A stretch of DNA of 64,000 nucleotides from Coprobacillus sp. CAG:698. Its GTDB lineage: Bacteria > Bacteroidota > Bacteroidia > Bacteroidales > Bacteroidaceae. Position numbers and translations under genes: made by a program. Positions 56,839 through 64,000 of the stretch are shown piece after piece (the stretch's first letter is position 1; each line of letters opens with the position of its first letter). The stretch is from positions 37,372 to 101,371 of the forward strand of contig CAVCAX010000060.1 in the NCBI GenBank assembly GCA_963599995.1, written 5' to 3'. The notes under the pieces were generated by a model. The model worked only from the letters and a program-made list of their open reading frames with translations. It was not told the DNA's origin and made no database searches.

Positions 56839-56958
56839 TTTACTGCTTTCGGTTTGGTGTCTTTCTTGCTCTTCCTGGTTTGGTATCTTTCTTGCTGTTT
56901 CCGGTTTGGGTATCCTTCTCCCTTTCCCCGGTTGGAGTCATCTGTCTTCCTGTTTCGG
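56829..56958. repeat. ~26-bp degenerate tandem repeats bridging the GT2 end and the DUF4922 start
   Basis: Minus-strand units resembling CCGGAAACAGCAAGAAAGATACCAAA, about five copies. Confidence 0.7.
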
Positions 56959-58416
56959 GCAGCGGTTCATGGCGATGCGCGCCTGTAATTCCCAAGTACG
57001 GATCCGGTCTTTATACAAGTTGTGTCCGTTCATTTTTACAATATCCAGCGAAGCGTCGGAGTTATCGTCCCAACGGCGGCACAGATATACTACTTCGTAG
57101 ACACGGCCTATCTGATACCGGCGGGAGAGGTTGAGCCCGAGGGCATAATCTTCTCCATAGCTGGTGTTGGGGAGATTGAACTCTCGCAGCACCGGTGTGT
57201 AAAAAGCACGTGGAGCGCCCAGACCGTTAATACGCAGGGCATTGTTGCGTCCATTTTCGGGTGTCCATTCTTTGTGATCGATGATGCCCGGGGCGATCCT
57301 GTTCAGGTGGAAATCCGTCATCATGTAGGTGCCTACCACCATTGCACAGTTTTGTTCGTAGAATGCACGGATCATTGTCTTTAGGGTATTTTCGTCCTTA
57401 TACACATCGTCACTGTCCAATTGTACGGCGAATTTTCCGCATTTGTCATGGTGCACTCCGAGATTCCAACAGCCGCCGATGCCTAAGTCGTCGCGTTCGG
57501 GCAGGATGTGGATGAGGCGGTCGTCGGATGCGAATTCACGAATCGCCTCTGTTGTGCCGTCAGTGGAGTGGTTGTCGATGACGATGAGGTTGAACTTAAA
57601 GTCTGTCTTCTGGTTTAATACCGAACGGATGGCATCTCTGATGGTACGGATGCGGTTGCGTACCGGAATAATGACAGAGGCTTCGTACTCAAAACCGGCA
57701 TTGTCGAATTCTATCTTCCGGAAGTTGGGTGCCAGATAGCCGCCTATCTCTTTCAGATGCTCGGTGCAGGCCTGCTCCATCTCGATTTGTACTCCACGGT
57801 TTTTGGGGTCTACGTAATCGAATATTTTCTCACCGCTTTTTCGGGTATCGTTTTCTACTTCCGAGTAAAGGTACTCGTTGATGTGGACCAGTGATTCTTT
57901 TTGCGAGAGTTTCAGCCGCAGGTCGTACAGCCCGGCAAATCGGTAGTCGGCTTTCATGCGGGCGGCGGCTTCCTGCAGGGCGCTTGCTCTGTACAGCAAA
58001 ACCGATCCGAAGTTGAAATCATCGCGGAGACTGCCCAACTGGTAATCTATCACGGGTGCATCTTTCCGGATCCCTTCTGATACTTGGTAATGATCGGCGT
58101 ATACCATGCCGGCACCACTGTCTTCTGCTATGCGGACCATGCGCTCGAGAGCAAACATGCCCAGTTGCAGGGTGGTGTACTTCGTATAAAGCAGGGTGTA
58201 GCCGGCATTGGAGTGGGTTGCCATCGCATGTATGGTGGCAGTGGCATTGAGTGCCGGTACATGCAGAAGCCGGCATCCCCGGAGAGGGACAGCCGTGGTT
58301 TCCGTCGTTAACAGGTATATCTCTTTTACCAAGTCTGATGACTTCAAACCCTGTATGGTCTTTTCGGCCTGTGCCGCATCGGCAAAAGGAATGAAGCAGT
58401 TGATCGTAGCCTTCAT
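56938..58416 (-). CDS. Glycosyltransferase family 2 protein with an extra N-terminal GT-A-like region
   Basis: SVIIPVRN, IDNHSTDGT, QLDSDD (DxD), YGEDY. Confidence 0.88.
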   Translation of the reverse strand: MKATINCFIPFADAAQAEKTIQGLKSSDLVKEIYLLTTETTAVPLRGCRLLHVPALNATATIHAMATHSNAGYTLLYTKYTTLQLGMFALERMVRIAEDSGAGMVYADHYQVSEGIRKDAPVIDYQLGSLRDDFNFGSVLLYRASALQEAAARMKADYRFAGLYDLRLKLSQKESLVHINEYLYSEVENDTRKSGEKIFDYVDPKNRGVQIEMEQACTEHLKEIGGYLAPNFRKIEFDNAGFEYEASVIIPVRNRIRTIRDAIRSVLNQKTDFKFNLIVIDNHSTDGTTEAIREFASDDRLIHILPERDDLGIGGCWNLGVHHDKCGKFAVQLDSDDVYKDENTLKTMIRAFYEQNCAMVVGTYMMTDFHLNRIAPGIIDHKEWTPENGRNNALRINGLGAPRAFYTPVLREFNLPNTSYGEDYALGLNLSRRYQIGRVYEVVYLCRRWDDNSDASLDIVKMNGHNLYKDRIRTWELQARIAMNRCPKQEDR

Positions 58417-58418
58417 AT

Positions 58419-59876
58419 TCAGTCTCTTGTTTTATTTTTCTTAATCAGTAGGCAAAGTCCTATAAAAGTGAACAATGCGTTGAATATCAGCAGTTCGTAG
58501 CTGAACTGGTATCCGTTGAACCATTTTTCCGAATTCTCCTGCAAAATAAAACAAAGAATGGGAGATGCAATGGCTACTATGGGGATATATTTGTCGCGGA
58601 CTTGTTTCTTGGTGAAAATACCAAAAGCAAAAAGCCCTAAAATCGGACCGTAGGTATAACTGGCCAGAATGTAGACGGCATCGATTACACTGGTGTTGTT
58701 CAGCAGGTTGAATACGAAGATGACAATACCCATGGTGACAGCCATGCCGATGTGTACACGTTTGCGTATCTTCACCAGTTCGTTCTCTGCCTTGTTTTTT
58801 GCTCCCAGTATGTCTACTGTGAAAGAGGTTGTCAGGGCAGTCAATGCCGATCCGGCTGCCGAATAAGCGGACGAAATAAGTCCGATGATAAACAGCACGC
58901 CCACTATGGCGGGGAAATAACCGCCGGTAGCTATCATCGGGAATAATTCATCGCTCTTTGCGGGGTTCTCGATGCCGTGTTGTGCGGTAAATGTGTATAG
59001 CAGCACTCCTAACATGAGGAACAGCAGGATGATAAAGAACTGGGAAATGCCGCTGGTGATCATATTCTTCTGTGAATCTTTGAAATTCTTACAGCTTAAA
59101 TTGCGCTGCATCATATCCTGGTCCAACCCGGTCATTGCAATCATTGTGAACACACCTGCCAGAAACTGCTTGAAGAAGTAGCGCTTGTCATTCACGTCAT
59201 CGAAAAAGAACATACGGGAAAGGTCATTCTCGGAGATGGCGGTCAGCATGCCCCCGAAGCTCAGCTTAAGATCGGAAGCGATGTAATAGATGCATAAAAC
59301 CACGGATACAACCAGACAGAAGGTCTTCAGCGAATCAGTCCATATCAATGATTTTACGCCGCCGCGGAATGTGTAGAGCCAGACAAGTGCTACGGTGATA
59401 GTGACATTCAGAATAAACGGAAGATGGAACGGCTCGAACACTAACAGTTGCAGGGTAAGGCAAACCAGGAAGAGCCGCACGGCCGCTCCTAACATTTTGG
59501 AGATGAAAAAGAACCAGGCACCGGTCTTGTAGGAAGACAGACCGAACCGGTTCTCCAGATATTCATAAATGGATACCAAATTCATCCGGTAGAAAAGCGG
59601 TATCAGGACAAAGGCAATAATGATTTGTCCTGTGACGAAGCCGAGCACCATCTGCAGATAGGAGAATCCGCTGGCAGCTACCATGCCCGGGACGGACACA
59701 AAGGTTACTCCGGATATGCTGGAGCCGATCATGGCAAAGGCCACTACATACCAGGCCGATTTACGGTTTCCGACAAAGAAACCTTCATTGTCGGCTTTCC
59801 TGCCTGCGATGTATGAAACCGTAAACAGGATAATGAAATACGCTACGATTGTGATTAAAATAGAAACTGGAGTCAT
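58419..59876 (-). CDS. Sodium:solute symporter (SSS) family transporter
   Basis: FFVGNR, ISGVTFVSVPG, SIYEYLENRF, GGVKSLIWTD, GLDQDMMQR. -7 box TATCTTTG at 59965-59972. Confidence 0.93.
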   Translation of the reverse strand: MTPVSILITIVAYFIILFTVSYIAGRKADNEGFFVGNRKSAWYVVAFAMIGSSISGVTFVSVPGMVAASGFSYLQMVLGFVTGQIIIAFVLIPLFYRMNLVSIYEYLENRFGLSSYKTGAWFFFISKMLGAAVRLFLVCLTLQLLVFEPFHLPFILNVTITVALVWLYTFRGGVKSLIWTDSLKTFCLVVSVVLCIYYIASDLKLSFGGMLTAISENDLSRMFFFDDVNDKRYFFKQFLAGVFTMIAMTGLDQDMMQRNLSCKNFKDSQKNMITSGISQFFIILLFLMLGVLLYTFTAQHGIENPAKSDELFPMIATGGYFPAIVGVLFIIGLISSAYSAAGSALTALTTSFTVDILGAKNKAENELVKIRKRVHIGMAVTMGIVIFVFNLLNNTSVIDAVYILASYTYGPILGLFAFGIFTKKQVRDKYIPIVAIASPILCFILQENSEKWFNGYQFSYELLIFNALFTFIGLCLLIKKNKTRD

Positions 59877-60145
59877 GCGGTCATTTATAATTTAATGATT
59901 GGTGATTCATGAAGGGGAGATTGTCTTTTCATAATGTGTTATATCAAAGGAGGTTCTTTGTCTGCAAAGATAATGTATGATTTAATATTGAAAACATATA
60001 TTTTTATATTTTTAGAATTATAATCAATATTTTGCACGCCTATGCTTCGCGTTTGAGGAGGTGACAGGTAGGTGGAATGTGTATTTCCGTAAGGGTGGCC
60101 GGTGTGGCAGAAGCTATTGGGACCGGGGCGGTTATGCCGGTTCGT

Positions 60146-60994
60146 TTACAGCTCTTCCATGTTCATAGAATGAAACTCTATGAGTCCGTTCATGGGTGTT
60201 TCCTCTATGATATTCAATTCGACTCCAAAGCCTTTGGCCACTTCCCTCAGTATCTCGGAATAATGATAGGCGACTGAACCGATAAAACGGATAGGGTAGC
60301 TTTTATAATCATATTGGCATACATTGCGGGTAAAAAAGTTCCTTAAATTATTTATCAGTAATTCGTAGACATATTCATTATCCAGATAATCTGCAAGAAA
60401 ATAAGAAATGGTAGCCAAAAAACGATTGGGGAACGGCAGGTTGTAGACTGATTCCATCGCATCGTCTGCTGTGATACGAAATTTGTCGTAAAAATCAGCC
60501 GTGATATCTTTGGGAGCCAGTCCTTTTAATGCATCGGAAAGAAATAGCTTGCCCAAGACAGCCCCGCTGCCTTCATCGCCCAGGATGTAACCGGCGGCTT
60601 TTACGTTTTTAACAATGATTTTGCCGTCATAAAAACAAGAATTGGAACCGGTGCCTAAAATGCAGGCTATTCCTGCGTCGCATTTGAACAGGCCGCGTGC
60701 CGCCGCCAACAGATCGCTTTCAACTTGAATCGGGGTCTTGAACTGTGCAACCAATGAAGCTCCCAGGATATTCTTCTTTTCGTTGGAGGTACAGCCGGCA
60801 CCATAATAATAAACCTGCTCCAGTTTTCTTTTGAAGAAAGATGGGGGGAGTCCGAGCCTGACGCTCCGGCTTATTTCTCTTCTGGTTTGGAAAAAAGGAT
60901 TCAAACCTTCCGTGAAAGCTCTTTGGATAAGATGATTATCTTCAATCAGAGCCCATTCTGTCCTTGTAGAACCACTTTCTGCGATAAGTTTCAT
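60146..60994 (-). CDS. Second BadF-family amino-sugar kinase paralog
   Basis: LIAESGSTRTEW, GLNPFFQ, YYGAGC, ACILGTGSN, LGDEGSG. Own -7 box TATATTTG at 61023-61030. Confidence 0.85.
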   Translation of the reverse strand: MKLIAESGSTRTEWALIEDNHLIQRAFTEGLNPFFQTRREISRSVRLGLPPSFFKRKLEQVYYYGAGCTSNEKKNILGASLVAQFKTPIQVESDLLAAARGLFKCDAGIACILGTGSNSCFYDGKIIVKNVKAAGYILGDEGSGAVLGKLFLSDALKGLAPKDITADFYDKFRITADDAMESVYNLPFPNRFLATISYFLADYLDNEYVYELLINNLRNFFTRNVCQYDYKSYPIRFIGSVAYHYSEILREVAKGFGVELNIIEETPMNGLIEFHSMNMEEL

Positions 60995-61164
60995 TTCCCG
61001 ACTTGCTTTTTAGATTTGGATACAAATATATGATTTTCTTTGCAATGCTCCATTCTCATACTGAAAGAAAATCGCAGTAGGGTACTTAATGATTTTGAGG
61101 ACGGTTGCGTCGGGCTGGAACTGTCGGTGTGCTGTCTGCCACAGGGAGGTAGGGTATGTGAATA

Positions 61165-61207
61165 AGAAAGTCACCTCTGCTACAGAGGTCTGTGACAGAG
61201 GTGACTT
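61165..61207 (-). terminator. Terminator hairpin downstream of asd
   Basis: AAGTCACCTCTG...CAGAGGTGACTT stem followed by a T-rich tail on the minus strand. Confidence 0.7.
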
Positions 61208-61253
61208 CGGATGAATAATACTTTCGGATAAACAATACCTTCAGCCGGTGTTC

Positions 61254-62264
61254 TTATCCTACATTCTTTTCTTTAATCAGGTATTCGGCAATCTGCACGG
61301 CATTCAGTGCGGCGCCTTTCTTTATCTGATCGCCTACAATCCAGAATGTCAGTCCGCAATCGTTGGTCAGGTCTTTGCGGATACGGCCTACATACACAGG
61401 GTCTTTACCGGCAAGGAACAGCGGCATCGGGTACTCCTTCTCGGCCGGGTTGTCTTTCAGGACAAGACCCTCGCCTTTGGCAAATGCCTCGCGGGCTTCT
61501 TCTACCGAAACAGGACGCTCGGTTTCCACCCAGATGCTTTCGGAGTGTGCTCTCAATGCCGGAACACGCACGCAGGTAGCGCTGACTTTGATGTCCGAGT
61601 GCATGATTTTACGGGTCTCATTGTACATCTTCATCTCTTCCTTGGTATATCCGTTTTCTGTGAATACGTCAATTTGAGGAATCAGGTTGAATGCCAATTG
61701 ATAAGCGAATTTTTCTACCGTAACAGGTTCGTTAGCGAGTACCTGGCGGTATTGTTCGTAAAGTTCGGCCATAGCTGCTGCGCCGGCACCGCTGGCTGCC
61801 TGGTAAGTGGATACATGCACGGTTTTTATGTGTGAGAGCTGTTCGATGGCTTTCAATGCAACTACCATTTGGATGGTGGTGCAGTTGGGGTTGGCGATGA
61901 TACCGCGCGGGCGGTCCTTGGCATCGGCGGCATTCACCTCAGGTACCACCAAAGGTACATCGTTGTCCATGCGGAAAGCGCTGGAATTATCGATCATCAC
62001 AGCACCGTATTTGGTGATGGTTTCTGCGAATTCCTTAGACGTACCTGCACCAGCGGATGTGAAAGCAATGTCTACCCCTTTGAAGTCATCATTGTGTTGT
62101 AAGAGTTTGACCTCGATCTGTTTACCGCGGAAGGTGTATTTGCTTCCGGCACTGCGTTTAGAGCCGAACAAAACTAACTCGTCCAACGGAAAATTTCTTT
62201 CATCGAGCACGCGCAGGAACTCTTGTCCTACGGCTCCGCTTACGCCAACAATAGCTACTTTCAT
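61254..62264 (-). CDS. asd: Aspartate-semialdehyde dehydrogenase
   Basis: [63 protein letters not shown]. True start at 62264, with -7 box TAATTTTG at 62333-62340. Confidence 0.97.
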   Translation of the reverse strand: MKVAIVGVSGAVGQEFLRVLDERNFPLDELVLFGSKRSAGSKYTFRGKQIEVKLLQHNDDFKGVDIAFTSAGAGTSKEFAETITKYGAVMIDNSSAFRMDNDVPLVVPEVNAADAKDRPRGIIANPNCTTIQMVVALKAIEQLSHIKTVHVSTYQAASGAGAAAMAELYEQYRQVLANEPVTVEKFAYQLAFNLIPQIDVFTENGYTKEEMKMYNETRKIMHSDIKVSATCVRVPALRAHSESIWVETERPVSVEEAREAFAKGEGLVLKDNPAEKEYPMPLFLAGKDPVYVGRIRKDLTNDCGLTFWIVGDQIKKGAALNAVQIAEYLIKEKNVG

Positions 62265-62406
62265 CTTTTTTTTCGTTTTAATTGAATATTGATTTTCCTT
62301 TTCTATTCTTCCGAATAGTAAATAATTGGCTGCAAAATTATAACATTCTGCCATATAATTGATAACTTTTTTGTTATTTTGCAGAGAAAACGTAAAACTT
62401 GGATAT

Positions 62407-64000
62407 ATGGAGTGGCTTGACCTTGACTTTAACCTACCTATAACGGACCCTACATGGATATTTCTCCTTGTACTTCTTATTATCTTGTTTGCTCCGATGG
62501 TACTGGGGCGCCTTCGCATTCCTCATATTATCGGCATGATTCTGGCGGGAGTGATGATTGGAGAACATGGATTCAATATATTGGCACGCGACAGCAGTTT
62601 TGAACTGTTTGGTAAAGTCGGACTCTACTACATCATGTTTCTTGCCGGACTGGAAATGAATATGGGGGACTTCAAGAAAAACCGGGGAAAAGCTGCGGTG
62701 TTGGGGTTGTTGGCTTTTGTCATCCCGATGGCATTGGGGTTCATTACCAATATGACCGTATTGAAATACGGTTTTATCACATCGGTTCTGCTGGCCAGTA
62801 TGTACGCTTCTCATACGCTGGTCGCTTATCCCATCGTCATCCGTTATGGGGTATCACGGCATCGCAGTGTCAGCATTGCTGTGGGGGGCACGGCAGTAAC
62901 GGATACCCTGACTTTGCTGGTTTTGGCTGTTATCGGCGGTTTGTTTAAGGGGGAGTCTTCGGAGATGTTTTGGTTGTGGCTGGTGGTGAAAGTCATTTTC
63001 TTGGGCTTTCTGATTATTTTCTTCTTTCCGCGCATCGGCCGCTGGTTCTTCCGCAAGTATGACGACAATGTGATGCAGTTTATATTCGTTCTTGCCATGG
63101 TCTTTCTTGGAGCGGGACTGATGGAATTTGTCGGAATGGAAGGTATCCTGGGAGCGTTTCTTGCCGGCTTGGTCTTGAATCGTCTCATACCGCATGTATC
63201 ACCGTTGATGAATCACCTCGAGTTTGTCGGGAATGCCTTGTTTATCCCTTATTTCCTGATCGGGGTGGGAATGCTGATAGATATCAAAATCCTTTTCGGG
63301 CATGGAGATGCTTTGAAGGTGGCTGTGGTGATGATTACGGTAGCCTTGATCAGCAAGTGGATTGCTTCGTGGCTGACTCAGAAAATATACAGGATGAAGG
63401 CGATCGAACGTGAACTGATGTTCGGACTCAGTAATGCCCAGGCGGCTGCAACCTTAGCGGCCGTATTGGTGGGATACAATATTATTCTTCCCGGTGGCGA
63501 ACGGTTGCTGAACGAGGATGTGTTGAACGGAACGATTGTCCTGATTCTGTTCACCTGCATCATCAGTTCGTTTGTCACGGAAAGAGCGGCGCGTAAACTG
63601 GCTATGGATGAAGCACAGCTGGATGCGGAGGATAAGAAAAATATTCCGGAGAAGATTCTGATACCGGTGGCGAATCCGGATACAATCGAGGAACTGATAA
63701 ATCTTTCTCTGGTGATTCGTGACTCTAAACAAAGGAACAATCTGATGGCATTGAATGTAATCAATGATAACAGCAGTTCCGAACATCTGGAGGCGAGAGG
63801 AAAGAGGAATCTGGAGCGTGCGGCTATGATAGCGGCATCAGCCGATGTCTCTTTGGCGCAGATTAGCCGGTACGACTTGAATATCGCTTCCGGCATTATC
63901 CACACAGCCAAGGAGTATGAGGTGACAGATGTGATTATCGGATTGCACCGTAAAGTCAATATTGTAGACTCTTTCTTCGGTAGCCTGGCAGACAGCCTGT
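62407..64000 (+). CDS. CPA2-family cation:proton antiporter with C-terminal USP-like region (3' end beyond window edge)
   Basis: Not in ORF track. Manual translation: [44 protein letters not shown]...[43 protein letters not shown]. Confidence 0.92.
   Translation, partial: MEWLDLDFNLPITDPTWIFLLVLLIILFAPMVLGRLRIPHIIGMILAGVMIGEHGFNILARDSSFELFGKVGLYYIMFLAGLEMNMGDFKKNRGKAAVLGLLAFVIPMALGFITNMTVLKYGFITSVLLASMYASHTLVAYPIVIRYGVSRHRSVSIAVGGTAVTDTLTLLVLAVIGGLFKGESSEMFWLWLVVKVIFLGFLIIFFFPRIGRWFFRKYDDNVMQFIFVLAMVFLGAGLMEFVGMEGILGAFLAGLVLNRLIPHVSPLMNHLEFVGNALFIPYFLIGVGMLIDIKILFGHGDALKVAVVMITVALISKWIASWLTQKIYRMKAIERELMFGLSNAQAAATLAAVLVGYNIILPGGERLLNEDVLNGTIVLILFTCIISSFVTERAARKLAMDEAQLDAEDKKNIPEKILIPVANPDTIEELINLSLVIRDSKQRNNLMALNVINDNSSSEHLEARGKRNLERAAMIAASADVSLAQISRYDLNIASGIIHTAKEYEVTDVIIGLHRKVNIVDSFFGSLADSL

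Noticed and set aside
62265..62519. ORF-track N-terminal extension of asd (similar extensions on ampG, ccsA, nrfH, pfkB)
   Set aside because: The extensions cross promoters, terminators or neighbouring genes; conserved motifs begin at the later ATG.

Overview
Chromosomal window from a Bacteroides-like (Bacteroidales) genome, judged from SusC/SusD pairs, TAnnTTTG -7 promoter boxes and an alpha2-type GlyRS. Left to right: a SusC/SusD pair (susD cut by the window edge); M20 hydrolase; long-chain acyl-CoA ligase; AAA-ATPase/PD-(D/E)XK protein; M16 peptidase; prfB with its +1 frameshift; a 44-aa membrane protein missing from the ORF track; a phosphate porin/CYTH/MgtC-DUF4010 cluster with Pho-box-like repeats; an outer-membrane receptor; a probable beta-1,2-glucan locus whose GH3 and GH144 enzymes are fused in one 1207-aa ORF; PfkB kinase; tRNA-Leu(TAG); S41 peptidase; DUF3316; parC; glyS; FKBP; GH20; a complete nrfHA-ccs nitrite-ammonification locus with porin and Crp/Fnr regulator; a ~14-kb peptidoglycan/MurNAc salvage locus (SSS, GT2, DUF4922, SpoIID, AmpG, FAD/Fe-S D-lactate dehydrogenase, MurT/NagX-like, MurK-like, MurQ, plus a second kinase); asd; and a partial CPA2 antiporter. 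No CRISPR array, prophage, integrase or transposase was seen. The best candidates for something new are the salvage locus (apparent built-in D-lactate disposal and an unexplained GT2/DUF4922/leaderless-SpoIID module), the GH3-GH144 fusion, and a recurring pattern of gene 3' ends duplicated into the next intergenic space. All family calls come from motif recognition by eye; no database search was run.
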